Part shown: positions 38,535-51,273 of the stretch, piece after piece
Position numbering within the stretch: position 1 is the stretch's first letter
Layout: the number at the start of each line of letters is the position of its first letter
Origin: Candidatus Actinomarina sp.
GTDB taxonomy: Bacteria; Actinomycetota; Acidimicrobiia; Actinomarinales; Actinomarinaceae
Assembly (NCBI GenBank): GCA_045563315.1
Contig: JBJKUD010000001.1
Coordinates: 1-55,448 of the forward strand
Length of the DNA stretch: 55,448 nucleotides
Direction of reading: 5' to 3'
Made by a program: the position numbers and the translations under genes
The notes under the pieces: model-generated
Databases searched by the model: none
Told to the model about the DNA's origin: nothing
The model's input: only the letters and a program-made list of their open reading frames with translations

Positions 38535-38626
38535 GGAGGTGAATGAGCGCCTGGTGGGCTCCACAGTCTTCAAAACTGTTGAAAGGCTTAAATGTCTTTG
38601 GCGGGTTCGATTCCCGTCCACCTCCG
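38535..38626 (+). tRNA. selC: tRNA-Sec (selenocysteine tRNA, anticodon UCA)
   Basis: 92-nt type-II tRNA. Acceptor GGAGGTG/CACCTCC, with discriminator G. D arm GAGC(G)CC-TGGT-GGGCTC, a 6-bp stem with a 4-nt loop. Anticodon stem ACAGT/ACTGT with loop CTTCAAA, placing anticodon TCA at 38570-38572. Long variable arm AAAGGC-TTAAAT-GTCTTT. T arm GGCGGG-TTCGATT-CCCGTC. Acceptor plus T stems stack to 13 bp (7/6, or 8/5 with one mismatch), which is the tRNA-Sec hallmark. The loop is identical to that of E. coli selC. Confidence 0.75.
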
Positions 38627-38674
38627 CTACTTTTATTTGTAAATAAATAAAATAAAATTAAGATTTATAAGTAG

Positions 38675-39991
38675 TTGAACGAAAGAAACAATCCTAATCA
38701 AGTAGATAAAAAACTTCTTACAGTTTCTGATAGAGATATATTTGTTACCGTACAAAGGGCTCTTTTAGTTGGAATAATTTTAAGAAATGAAACAAGAGCA
38801 GATAAAGAAGAGTCCCTTAAGGAACTAACTAACTTGGTCAAGACTGCTGGTTCAACTCCCTACATTGTTCAAACCAAACGAATCGACAAAATTGACCCTA
38901 AAACATTTATAGGTAAAGGTTCAATTAAAGAGCTCGAAGATATATCGAAATCAAACGATATCGATGTTGTCGTTTTTGACTGTGAGTTAACTCCTAATCA
39001 GCAAAAAGAACTGAGGGTAATTTTTCAATGTGATGTTGTAGATAGAACAGGATTAATACTTGATATATTTGCATTACACGCTCAATCAAAAGAAGCATCT
39101 TTGCAAGTAGAGCTAGCAATGTCCGTATATTTAAAACCACGCCTTGCAGGCCTTGGAAAAACATTAAACCAACAAGGCGGAGGGATTGGAACTAGAGGTC
39201 CTGGCGAAACTAAATTAGAAACTGACAGCAGACTAATTGATAACCGAATTAACAAATTGAAAAAAGGTTTGAAAAAAATTGAAAAACAAAGAGATGTGCA
39301 ATCAAGCTCAAGGGAAAGAAACAACATTCCAATGATTTCAATTGTTGGCTATACAAATGCTGGTAAATCTACATTATTAAAAAAATTAACCAACTCAGAT
39401 GCCTATGCAGCTGATGAATTATTCGCAACCGTTGATTCTTTACAAAGAGAGTTAAAAATTAAAGATGTGCAAGAGGCTTTAATTATTTCTGATACAGTTG
39501 GTTTTATTCAAAACCTTCCCACAACTTTAATCGAATCCTTCAAGTCAACACTTATGGTGGCAACAAATGCAGATTTACTTGTTCATGTGGTTGATGCGGC
39601 AACCGCTCTGCCTGAGATGCACATAAATACAGTTTCAACAATTCTTGAGCAAATAGAGGCAAAATCTAATGAAATAATGGTTTTTAATAAGATTGATAAA
39701 ATAGACAAAGCATCATTGAATCACCTACAAGATAGCTACCCACAGGCTTTATTTGTCTCGTCTTTAAAAGGTGAAGGGATAGTTGAATTAAAGGAAAAAA
39801 TTGCTGTAGAAGTTTATGGGATTACAAGCGTTAACAGTTTTAAGGTGAATCCTTCAGAGCTAGATACTATTGCTAAATTTGGAAAAATCCTTAATGTAAA
39901 GAATGAATCAGATTACTTAGTTTTAGAATTAGAAATGAGAGAGAAGTTAATTAGTAGACTCCTTGAACATAAAATTATGGAAAAAAATTAA
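38675..39991 (+). CDS. hflX: GTPase HflX
   Basis: 438 aa with a TTG start. HflX N-terminal domain (DRTGLILDIFALHAQSKEASLQVELA), G1 motif GYTNAGKST, and DTVGF. Confidence 0.92.
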   Translation: MNERNNPNQVDKKLLTVSDRDIFVTVQRALLVGIILRNETRADKEESLKELTNLVKTAGSTPYIVQTKRIDKIDPKTFIGKGSIKELEDISKSNDIDVVVFDCELTPNQQKELRVIFQCDVVDRTGLILDIFALHAQSKEASLQVELAMSVYLKPRLAGLGKTLNQQGGGIGTRGPGETKLETDSRLIDNRINKLKKGLKKIEKQRDVQSSSRERNNIPMISIVGYTNAGKSTLLKKLTNSDAYAADELFATVDSLQRELKIKDVQEALIISDTVGFIQNLPTTLIESFKSTLMVATNADLLVHVVDAATALPEMHINTVSTILEQIEAKSNEIMVFNKIDKIDKASLNHLQDSYPQALFVSSLKGEGIVELKEKIAVEVYGITSVNSFKVNPSELDTIAKFGKILNVKNESDYLVLELEMREKLISRLLEHKIMEKN

Positions 39992-41341
39992 ATGCTTAAA
40001 GAAATTGGACTAATTGGTCTTGGTGTCATGGGTAAAAATATTGCTCTAAATCTCTCAGATAATGGAGTAACGATAAAAGCATTTAACAATTCAGAGAAAA
40101 AACTAAATACTATTAAAAAAGAATTTAAAAATGATTTTATTCCTTTCAATAACCTTGAGGAGTTTGTCGAAAATTTAGAAAATCCAAAAACTATATTATT
40201 AATGGTTCCTTCAGGTGATGCTACTAGAGAGATAATAGAAAAATTAGGAAGTCTATTAGGAGAAGGCGGAACAATTATTGATGGAGGCAACTCATTCTAT
40301 TTAGACAGCATTGAAAATGGAGAATATTTAAAAAAGAATTCTATCAAATTTATTGGTATGGGAGTATCCGGCGGTGAAGATGGTGCTCGCAATGGTCCAG
40401 CATTGATGGTTGGTTCTGAAACATCTATAGAATCATCTTTATTAGATACACTAAAAAATACTGCGGCTAAAGCTGAAGTTGAGTGCTTGGGAGTATACCA
40501 GGGACCTGGAACAGGTCACTTTATCAAAATGGTACATAACGGTATTGAATATGCGGAGATGCAATCAATAGCGGAAATATATTTGATACTAAAAAAATTA
40601 AATAAAACAAATAAGGAAATATCTAGCTTCTTTTCTTCTCAGTCAGAAAATAACAATTCATCTTATCTAATTGAAATCACATCAAAAATTCTCCAAAAAA
40701 AAGATGGGGATGAATTTGTTATCGATCAGATAAAACCTGTTGCTCAGAATAAAGGTACAGGAAGATTAACGATACAAACATCATTAGATTTAGATGTATC
40801 CATTCCTTCTATTTCGGCGGCTTACGATGCAAGGCTTCAAAGTAATAGTCAGTACACTACAAAAACTAGCAAGGAATCAATTTCTGAGGATATCTCAAGT
40901 AAAGATTTGAGCGAGGCACTTTATTTTTCAAGAGTTTCTTCCATGATTCAAGGTTTGGAGTTGATTTCAAAATTTAGTGAAAGCGAAAATCATGAAATAT
41001 CAATTGTCGAAGTGTTAGAAAATTGGCGTGGAGGATGCATCATTAGGTCAAACCTATTATTGGATTTAAAAAAGGAATTTTCAGAAAATAATAGTTTTTA
41101 TAGCTTAGATAATGTTTTTAACAATTTACAACAAAATAGAACAGCCATTAGCAAAGTTCTTCAAGTAACAACAAAAAATAATTTTTCTACACCTGTATTA
41201 TCAGCATCTTTTAACTGGTTCAATAATTTAACTTCTGTGGATAATCCATCAAATCTAATTCAGGCACAAAGAGACTTTTTCGGTCGACATAAAGTTCAAC
41301 TAGTTGACTCTTCCATAGACATAAATATTGATTGGGATTAA
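39992..41341 (+). CDS. gnd: 6-phosphogluconate dehydrogenase (decarboxylating)
   Basis: 449 aa. IGLIGLGVMGKNIALN Rossmann motif, GMGVSGGEDGARNGPALM, and VHNGIEYAEMQSIAE. Confidence 0.9.
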   Translation: MLKEIGLIGLGVMGKNIALNLSDNGVTIKAFNNSEKKLNTIKKEFKNDFIPFNNLEEFVENLENPKTILLMVPSGDATREIIEKLGSLLGEGGTIIDGGNSFYLDSIENGEYLKKNSIKFIGMGVSGGEDGARNGPALMVGSETSIESSLLDTLKNTAAKAEVECLGVYQGPGTGHFIKMVHNGIEYAEMQSIAEIYLILKKLNKTNKEISSFFSSQSENNNSSYLIEITSKILQKKDGDEFVIDQIKPVAQNKGTGRLTIQTSLDLDVSIPSISAAYDARLQSNSQYTTKTSKESISEDISSKDLSEALYFSRVSSMIQGLELISKFSESENHEISIVEVLENWRGGCIIRSNLLLDLKKEFSENNSFYSLDNVFNNLQQNRTAISKVLQVTTKNNFSTPVLSASFNWFNNLTSVDNPSNLIQAQRDFFGRHKVQLVDSSIDINIDWD

Positions 41342-41350
41342 ATTAATTTA

Positions 41351-43859
<2,509 letters not shown>

Positions 43860-43870
<11 letters not shown>

Positions 43871-44678
43871 AATTGCAGTATTTTTACATCCACAGCACTC
43901 AGAATATGATGAAATTAGGAATGCTGCTGTTAAAGCTGAGGAGCTGGGAGCAGATGTTCTTTATAATTGGGATCACTTTTATCCTTTGTACAAAGAAGAT
44001 GGTACTCAGTGGGCAGAGGGTGAAAGAAGAGAAGGTAAACATTTTGAATGTTGGACAATGCTCGCAAGTTGGGCAGAGGTAACCGAAAAGATAGAAATAG
44101 GACCCCTTGTTACATGTAATTCTTATAGAAATCCTGAACTATTAACAGACATGGCAAGAACTGTTGACCATATTTCTAATGGACGATTGGTTTTTGGTAT
44201 TGGATCAGGATGGTTTGAACAAGATTATCAAGAGTATGGATATGAATTTGGGACTCCAATAGGAAGATTAAAAGAGCTCGAAAAATCACTTGAGAGAATC
44301 GAAAAAAGGATGAAAGAGCTTAATCCACAACCAAAAAGAAAAATTCCTATTTTGATCGGTGGTGGTGGTGAAAAAGTGACATTGCGTATTACAGCGCAAT
44401 ATGCAGATGTCTGGCATGGATTTGCTACAAAAACTGAAGATCGATCGGGTATTGAAACAGTTGCTCACAAAAATAGTGTTCTGGATAATTGGTGCAAAGA
44501 AATTGGTAGAGATCCATCAGAAATAGGAAGGTCTATAGGAATAGATTTAAATAGAATTGATAAAGCAGACGAACTTCTTGTGGCTGGTGCTACTGAGATC
44601 ACTCTGCCTTTGAATGGTCCAGACTATGATATGTCATTGGTCAAAGAATGGATTGCCTGGAGAGACACCAAAGAGTAA
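43860..44678 (+). CDS. Luciferase-like monooxygenase (LLM) family oxidoreductase, possibly F420-dependent
   Basis: 272 aa. TIM-barrel LLM pattern (ECWTMLASWA..T..IEIGPLVT, GRLVFGIGSGW). Cofactor not determinable. Overlaps pepN by 11 nt. Confidence 0.72.
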
Positions 44679-44684
44679 ATCTTT

Positions 44685-45608
44685 ATGGACACTTTAATAA
44701 TTTTTGGTGGCTTTCTAATAGGGCTTATACTCTTAGTAAAAGGTGCTGATGAAATGGTTAAGTCAGCTATTCAAATTGCAGTCAAATTTAAACTTCCGAA
44801 TTCAATCATAGGTGCAACATTTATTGGTTTTGGAACGTCGGCACCAGAATTATTTGCGAGTACAGGGGCTGCAATAAACGGTGATCTTTCTTTGGGAATC
44901 GGAAATATCATTGGTTCAAATATTGCAAACTCACTTCTTGTGTTAGCTGTCTTATATTTGTTTATTGATAAAAACTATCAAAAAAAAATAAATATTAATC
45001 AAATCAGTCCTGTTTGGATGATGCTACTTACTACAATATTTGTCTCTACATACATACTTACAAATCAATTTCCATTAACACTTGGAATCGTACTTTTATC
45101 TTTAGTTATCTTTGTAACTTACAAAATGGTTACTGAGGAAGCTGTTGATGAAGAAGAACTTGTGACAGAAGAGCAAAATTTTATTTGGCTAAGAGGAATA
45201 ATTGCAATAGCTACAACAATTTTTGGAAGTTCATTAGTTGTTGATAATGCCATCGCAATAGCTGAACTTTTTAATATATCCTCTCTTATTGTTGGGGTCA
45301 CGATTATTGCAATTGGAACAAGCCTTCCAGAGGTTGCAGGGGCAATCTCTGCTGCACGATTAAAAAAGCCGGATTTAATTATGGGAAATGTCTTTGGTTC
45401 TAATCTATTTAATATTGGTCTTGTTGGTGGCTCAGCAATAATTATTGAGCCTGGTGAGATTGCATCAAATATTGATTATCAAATGTTTTTAATGTATTTT
45501 GTTTCTTTTCTTGCAGTTATTCTCACAAGATACGTAATAAAAAGAAATGTAATTTTGGGCATTACATTTTTAATTATCTATTTTGGATTTATTTTTAGCT
45601 TATTCTAA
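44685..45608 (+). CDS. Ca2+/Na+ antiporter (CaCA / YrbG family)
   Basis: 307 aa. Two alpha-repeats, GFGTSAPELFAS and AIGTSLPEVAGA, with about 10 TM segments. Confidence 0.85.
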   Translation: MDTLIIFGGFLIGLILLVKGADEMVKSAIQIAVKFKLPNSIIGATFIGFGTSAPELFASTGAAINGDLSLGIGNIIGSNIANSLLVLAVLYLFIDKNYQKKININQISPVWMMLLTTIFVSTYILTNQFPLTLGIVLLSLVIFVTYKMVTEEAVDEEELVTEEQNFIWLRGIIAIATTIFGSSLVVDNAIAIAELFNISSLIVGVTIIAIGTSLPEVAGAISAARLKKPDLIMGNVFGSNLFNIGLVGGSAIIIEPGEIASNIDYQMFLMYFVSFLAVILTRYVIKRNVILGITFLIIYFGFIFSLF

Positions 45609-46424
45609 AGCTTTGTTTTTTTGAAAATATAAAAAACCCAATACAGCTAACAGCAATCCACCAATTTGGTTCCATGTAAATGAACCAATGGTTGCGTCTC
45701 CCATTCCAAATCTTAAAGTATCTAAAATAGATCTTTGTATTCCATACCAAATAGCCCATAGCCCCATCCAAGACCCAGGACCAAATGTGAATCTCTTTTT
45801 TAAATTCATAAAAATAAAAAAGACAATCAGTGCTAAAAACATATCATACATAGCAACATGGTGAAAAATGCCACAAGATGTAAGTGGTTCAGCGCATTCA
45901 AGTCCATTGTGTTGTGGTGCCAAATCGTATCCTGGTTTTATTTCATAACCAAGAAAAAAGTTTGTTTCACGTCCTAAATGTTCAACAATTGCTAAATCTC
46001 CTATTCTCCCAATCACTGTTCCTAGGATTAATCCTGTCGAAGCATAATCTCCATATCTTTTGAAGCTTTCTTTTCCTATTATTTGAATTCTATAGAAAGC
46101 CGCAATAATTCCGCCGGCCATACCTCCCATAATTGAGTAACTACCAGCGAGTGTGAAAATATCATCAAAGCCGTAACCTGGTTCCCCAATATGTGCTGGA
46201 ATTGTAAAAAATCTTGCACCAAGAATTGCTCCAAATATTGCCCATGTAAGGCCATCTGAAAAGAGATCACCATTTGCCCCATCTTTATCTGCAAGTTTAA
46301 TGGCATGATCTGCTCCAAAATAAAATCCAATTGCAGCAAAAACTCCGTGTAAAGAAAAGAAAACAGGACCAATTTTAGTAATTGGTATAGGTGGATAGGT
46401 TATTGATAGAAAAGAATCAATCAC
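45600..46424 (-). CDS. lgt: Prolipoprotein diacylglyceryl transferase
   Basis: 274 aa polytopic membrane protein. HGVFAAIGFYFG, GRIGDLAIVEHLG (compare GR(I/L)GNFxN) and HHVAMYDMF (compare HPTQLYE) match Lgt motifs. Starts immediately after the ctaB stop. Confidence 0.8.
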   Translation of the reverse strand: MIDSFLSITYPPIPITKIGPVFFSLHGVFAAIGFYFGADHAIKLADKDGANGDLFSDGLTWAIFGAILGARFFTIPAHIGEPGYGFDDIFTLAGSYSIMGGMAGGIIAAFYRIQIIGKESFKRYGDYASTGLILGTVIGRIGDLAIVEHLGRETNFFLGYEIKPGYDLAPQHNGLECAEPLTSCGIFHHVAMYDMFLALIVFFIFMNLKKRFTFGPGSWMGLWAIWYGIQRSILDTLRFGMGDATIGSFTWNQIGGLLLAVLGFLYFQKNKALE

Positions 46425-47339
46425 TTATATGCTCCTTAAGGTCCAAAGTACATCTCCAACGATACTTATGAATATAACAGCCAAATAAGTATTAGAAAAT
46501 ACAAAATAGTTAATTGGCTTAATCTTCTCCTTATACAAATTAAAAGATTTATACATAAGATTTATTCCAAAAAGTATTGATACAAACAAGTAGACCATTC
46601 CAAGTTGTAATATTGGGGCTGCTACCAGGGAAATTAAAACAGTTGAACAGCTATAGATAGCAATAAATATACATGTTCTTTTGTAGCTTTCTTCATTTGG
46701 AAGCATAGGAAATTGTGCATTTTTATAATCAGTTTTATTTTCGATAGACAACGCCCAAAAGTGAGCTGGAGTCCACATGAAAACTAAGAGGAACAAGACC
46801 CATGGACCTGTTTCGAGTTCAGAACCGGTTGCTGTCCAGCCAATTAAGACAGGAGCTGCACCAGAGGCTCCTCCAATTACAATGTTTTGATTTGTTCTTG
46901 GTTTCAAAATAAGTGTATAAACAAAAACATAAAAAAAGTTTGCACTAAGAGCAATATAGGCTGATAAAGGTGTCGCTAAAAAATATAAAATTATAAATCC
47001 TGACAATCCACAAAGAACTGAATAAATCACACCATTTATTTTTGAAATCTCTCCAGTTACAATTGGTCTGTCGGCAGTTCTTTCCATTAATTTGTCTGTT
47101 TCAACTTCAAATACTTGATTCATTACGTTTGCACTTATAGCTAACAGGGTTCCTCCTAATAAGGTATAAATTACAAGTGACAAAGGTGGCATTCCGTAAA
47201 TTGAAATTATCATTGAGGGCACTGTTGTTACTAACAAAAGTTCGACGACTCTTAGTTTAGAAAGTTTGAGATACTTCTTAAAAAGTGAGTGTTGATTAAC
47301 TTTCATATTCTTATAGTAATTACGCTCGGACTTTAACAT
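46425..47339 (-). CDS. ctaB: Protohaem IX farnesyltransferase (haem O synthase)
   Basis: 304 aa. UbiA-family motif NQVFEVETDKLMERTADRPIVTG with about 9 TM segments. Divergent from ctaC. The alternative start at 47306 (MKVNQ...) is possible. Confidence 0.9.
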   Translation of the reverse strand: MLKSERNYYKNMKVNQHSLFKKYLKLSKLRVVELLLVTTVPSMIISIYGMPPLSLVIYTLLGGTLLAISANVMNQVFEVETDKLMERTADRPIVTGEISKINGVIYSVLCGLSGFIILYFLATPLSAYIALSANFFYVFVYTLILKPRTNQNIVIGGASGAAPVLIGWTATGSELETGPWVLFLLVFMWTPAHFWALSIENKTDYKNAQFPMLPNEESYKRTCIFIAIYSCSTVLISLVAAPILQLGMVYLFVSILFGINLMYKSFNLYKEKIKPINYFVFSNTYLAVIFISIVGDVLWTLRSI

Positions 47340-47394
47340 ATAATTACCCTATTTTTAGTCAAGACGCTATTCTTAAATATTGACTAGATAATTT

Positions 47395-48411
47395 ATGCAA
47401 ATTAAAAAATTTTTAAAAACAAAAAACCTTATGCTATGCAGTTTTTTATTTATTACTGCTTGCATTGAAAATGCCCCTCTTGATTCATTAAGTCCTGCTG
47501 GTCCATATGCAAGAACTATCGATGATTTATTTTGGCTTACATTTTGGATTGCCGTTGTTATATTTTTTATTGTTCAGGGTGCACTTTTGTTTTCTGTATT
47601 CTATTTCAAAGATTCTCCTGATAAACCAGAACCAAAACAAATACATGGGAACAATTTTCTAGAAATCTTATGGACAATAATTCCTGTAATAATTCTTGCT
47701 TCAATTGCAGTACCGACAGTAAGAACAATTTTTGATCTAGCTAGAGAGCCCGAAGATGCTTTAAAAATTGAAGTTATCGGGCATCAATGGTGGTTTGAAT
47801 ATAAATATCCTGACTTTGGAATTACTACAGCAAATGTTTTAGTAATTCCGGAAGATACTCCTATTAGATTAGAGATGTGGTCCAATGATGTTCTGCATAA
47901 TTACTGGGTACCTAAATTAAACGGTAAGAGATATCTAGTTCCTGGCCAAAAAACATATCTCAATCTTCATGCTGACAATGCAGAAGAATTCTGGGCCCAA
48001 TGTGGAGAATATTGTGGTTTGAGCCACTCAAAAATGAGAGGTAGGGTTTTATCTCTGACTCAATCTGATTTTGATTCGTGGGTTATTAATGAACAGCAAA
48101 ATGCTGCTAATGATTTAGATCAAGAATCATTGGCTTACGAAGGACAACAAGTATATTTAAATGCAGGTTGTACCCAGTGCCATGTAATAGGTGGAGTTTG
48201 GGATGTCCAAGGCGAACGAATAGCTCCGAACTTAACTCATTTTGGTATAAGAAATGTTTTTGCTGGCGCAGCATTAAAAAATAATCCTGAGAATTTAACA
48301 AAATGGCTTGCAAATCCAGCTCAAATAAAACCTGGTACTTTCATGCCTAATCTAGAATTAACTGAGAGAGAAATTGAGGCGTTAATAGAATATTTAGGAA
48401 CCTTAAAATGA
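47395..48411 (+). CDS. ctaC: Cytochrome c oxidase subunit II with fused C-terminal cytochrome c domain (caa3-type)
   Basis: 338 aa. Lipobox ITAC. CuA site (H in DVLHNYWVP, then CGEYCGLSHSKM). C-terminal haem c motif CTQCH with a downstream FMPN Met ligand. Confidence 0.93.
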   Translation: MQIKKFLKTKNLMLCSFLFITACIENAPLDSLSPAGPYARTIDDLFWLTFWIAVVIFFIVQGALLFSVFYFKDSPDKPEPKQIHGNNFLEILWTIIPVIILASIAVPTVRTIFDLAREPEDALKIEVIGHQWWFEYKYPDFGITTANVLVIPEDTPIRLEMWSNDVLHNYWVPKLNGKRYLVPGQKTYLNLHADNAEEFWAQCGEYCGLSHSKMRGRVLSLTQSDFDSWVINEQQNAANDLDQESLAYEGQQVYLNAGCTQCHVIGGVWDVQGERIAPNLTHFGIRNVFAGAALKNNPENLTKWLANPAQIKPGTFMPNLELTEREIEALIEYLGTLK

Positions 48412-50396
48412 CAAAAATTATTGAACCAAAAAAACAAAGGAATATTTTTTCTAGACCATCATCTGAAACTGGTGTCTGGAGCTGGATAACAACTGTCGAT
48501 CATAAAAGAATTGGAATAATGTATGGGTATGCAGCATTCTTCTTTTTATTAGTTGGTGGACTTGAAGCACTTTTATTGAGAATTCAACTTTCTCAGCCAG
48601 ATAATAATTTTTTGAGTGCAGCTGAATATAATGCAATGTTTACAATGCATGGAACAACAATGATTTTTTTGGCGATTATGCCAATAAGTGCGGCTTTTTT
48701 TAATTACCTTCTTCCCTTACAAATTGGAGCAAGAGATGTGGCCTTCCCAAGATTAAATGCATTATCCTTTTGGATATTCATTGCTGGAGGACTATTCCTA
48801 TATTCAACATTTCTTTTTGGTACTGCTGGTGCACCTGAAGGGGGATATCTTGATGAAGAGGTCAGCAGGCTTGCTTCTGCTCCAAATGGTGGATGGTTTG
48901 GTTATCAGCCAAACGCAGGACTCAAATATTCTCCGGGAACAGCCATGGATTACTGGGCAATAGGCTTACAGATCCTGGGTATTGCCTCCCTTGTTTCTGC
49001 TTTTAACTTCATAACAACAATCTTAAATATGAGAACTAAAGGCATGAGATTAATGAGAATGCCTGTGTTTACTTGGATGACCTTTGCAGTGTCGTTTCTT
49101 CTTGCTTTCTCGTTGCCAATAATTGCAATTGCTTTGTTTTTTGTGACATTTGATAGACAGTTTGGAACTACTTTTTTCCTTACAGAAGGTGGTGGAGATC
49201 CTGTTTTATGGCAGCACCTTTTCTGGCTTTTTGGTCATCCAGAGGTTTATATCTTAATTCTTCCTGCATTTGGAATTGTCTCAGAAGTTCTCCCTACTTT
49301 TTCTAGAAAACCACTATTTGGATATCCAGCGATCGTATTTGCAGGATTTGGAATTGCATTTATTGGATTTGGAGTATGGGCTCATCACATGTTTGCATCT
49401 GCAATAAGTCCAGTAGCTCAGGCAGGATTTGGTCTTTCAACAATGATTATTGCCGTTCCAACAGGGGTGAAAATATTTAATTGGCTTGGAACAATTTGGG
49501 GAGGAAAACTAACACTTAATACTCCGATGTTATTTGCACTTGGTTTTATAGGTATGTTTGTTATTGGGGGTTTGAGTGGTGTTACACATTCTGTGGTTCC
49601 AGCTGACACCCAACAAACAGATACTTATTACATAGTTGCACATTTTCATTATGTTCTTTTTGGTGGAGCTTTATTTGGTATCTTCTCGGGGTTATATTTC
49701 TGGTTTCCTAAAGTATGGGGAAAGATGTACAACGAAACAATGGGCAAAATACACTTCTGGCTTATGCTTATTGGATTTAATGTGACCTTTGGCCCAATGC
49801 ATTGGTTAGGGCTTCAAGGACAAGTGAGAAGAACATGGGTTTATGCCGAAGAAACAAATCTTGGATTTTGGAATTTAATAGTAACTATTGGTGCTTTCAT
49901 ACTCGCTGTTGCGATACTTGTATTTATGGCAAATTGGATATATTCTCGAAGAAAAGGTGAAATAGCTCCTTTTGATCCATGGGATGCAAGAACAATTGAA
50001 TGGAGCATTCCTTCTCCAACACCTGTATGGAATTTTTCAAAAGCTCCCGAAATTAAATCTTTGGACGACTTTTGGCATCAAAAATATGGGGAAGACGAAG
50101 ACGGAAGGGCCATAAAAAGAGATGGTACTGATGAGTTATTGCTCAGACTTGAAGAGGAGGGTTTAAATCCGGAAGAAGAAATTCATTTACCGAGTCCTTC
50201 TTATTTTCCTCTAATTCTTGCCTTTGGTCTTCCATTTCTTGGTTATGCCGTAATATATAAATCTATTCCTCTTGCGTTAATAGGTGTAATCCTTCTGCTT
50301 ATAGGAGGTTTTGGTTGGGGTACAGAACCACTTGAAGAAGAGTTTGAAACTTCAGAAGAAGAGCCTGATACTAAGGAATCTTCTAATTATGAGTGA
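48408..50396 (+). CDS. ctaD: Cytochrome c oxidase subunit I
   Basis: 662 aa. WFFGHPEVYILILPAFG, WAHHMF and HFHYV motifs. A C-terminal extension adds two TM helices, as in Bacillus-type CtaD. Confidence 0.97.
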   Translation: MTKIIEPKKQRNIFSRPSSETGVWSWITTVDHKRIGIMYGYAAFFFLLVGGLEALLLRIQLSQPDNNFLSAAEYNAMFTMHGTTMIFLAIMPISAAFFNYLLPLQIGARDVAFPRLNALSFWIFIAGGLFLYSTFLFGTAGAPEGGYLDEEVSRLASAPNGGWFGYQPNAGLKYSPGTAMDYWAIGLQILGIASLVSAFNFITTILNMRTKGMRLMRMPVFTWMTFAVSFLLAFSLPIIAIALFFVTFDRQFGTTFFLTEGGGDPVLWQHLFWLFGHPEVYILILPAFGIVSEVLPTFSRKPLFGYPAIVFAGFGIAFIGFGVWAHHMFASAISPVAQAGFGLSTMIIAVPTGVKIFNWLGTIWGGKLTLNTPMLFALGFIGMFVIGGLSGVTHSVVPADTQQTDTYYIVAHFHYVLFGGALFGIFSGLYFWFPKVWGKMYNETMGKIHFWLMLIGFNVTFGPMHWLGLQGQVRRTWVYAEETNLGFWNLIVTIGAFILAVAILVFMANWIYSRRKGEIAPFDPWDARTIEWSIPSPTPVWNFSKAPEIKSLDDFWHQKYGEDEDGRAIKRDGTDELLLRLEEEGLNPEEEIHLPSPSYFPLILAFGLPFLGYAVIYKSIPLALIGVILLLIGGFGWGTEPLEEEFETSEEEPDTKESSNYE

Positions 50397-50973
50397 TGCT
50401 CATGCTTATCCTCATGAACCAACTGGTGTTGAAACACGAAAACTAGGTTTTTGGATATTTTTATCAACTGAAATCTTATTTTTTGGAACTCTAATAACAA
50501 CTTTTCTGATATTTAAAGGAAGAGATTTTCCAGGTATTAAGTTAACAGATGTTTATGACATTCCATTTACATCTGTAAGTTCTTTTGTTTTATTAATGAG
50601 CTCACTGACTATGGTGCTTGCTCACAATGCTCTTGAGACAAATGATCAAGAAAAAACTAGAGTGTGGCTCCTTGCAACAGCTATGCTTGGGGCAGTTTTT
50701 TTAGCTGGACAAATATATGAATTTACTGAGTTTTATCATAAGGGCTTTGAATTGTCGACAAATATTTTTAGCTCAACATTTTATGTATTAACCGGATTTC
50801 ATGGAATGCACGTTTTCATAGGTGTAGTTTTATTGTTAGCGTTATGGGGCGTAGGACAAAGACAAAAAGGGTTATCTCTTAATGAAGGTATGAACTTGGA
50901 GTTTATTGCTCTTTATTGGCACTTTGTTGATATTGTTTGGATTGTTTTGTTTACAGTGGTTTATCTTATCTAA
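50389..50973 (+). CDS. ctaE: Cytochrome c oxidase subunit III
   Basis: Start taken at the ATG at 50389 (MSDAHAYPHEP...), overlapping the ctaD stop by 8 nt; the ORF-track start at 50311 lies inside ctaD. Motifs FYVLTGFHGMHVFIG and YWHFVDIVW. Confidence 0.92.
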   Translation: MSDAHAYPHEPTGVETRKLGFWIFLSTEILFFGTLITTFLIFKGRDFPGIKLTDVYDIPFTSVSSFVLLMSSLTMVLAHNALETNDQEKTRVWLLATAMLGAVFLAGQIYEFTEFYHKGFELSTNIFSSTFYVLTGFHGMHVFIGVVLLLALWGVGQRQKGLSLNEGMNLEFIALYWHFVDIVWIVLFTVVYLI

Positions 50974-51272
50974 TGTCAGAAACACACAAAGAACATCCAA
51001 GCCCAACCAAGTATGTACAAATTGCTATAGTTCTTGCAATTCTTACTGCGATTGAGGTAGCTCTTTATTATACAGAAGATATCGTTGGGGCTCTTGCAGC
51101 ACCTTTGTTGATAATTTTAGCAGTAGGAAAATTTGTAATTGTTGTAGGTTGGTTTATGCATTTAAGATATGAAAATAGCTTAATTAATAAATTTTTTGCA
51201 GGAGGTATGATCCTTGCACTTATTTTGTTTGCAATAGTAATGATTGAAAGGGCCGTAGGTAACTTCATTTAA
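50973..51272 (+). CDS. ctaF: Cytochrome c oxidase subunit IV (prokaryotic COX4_pro / CtaF type)
   Basis: Start at the ATG at 50973 (a TAATG overlap with the ctaE stop). 99 aa with three TM helices; KYVQIAIVLAILTAIEV...FMHL is typical of bacterial subunit IV. Confidence 0.8.
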   Translation: MSETHKEHPSPTKYVQIAIVLAILTAIEVALYYTEDIVGALAAPLLIILAVGKFVIVVGWFMHLRYENSLINKFFAGGMILALILFAIVMIERAVGNFI

Positions 51273-51273
51273 C

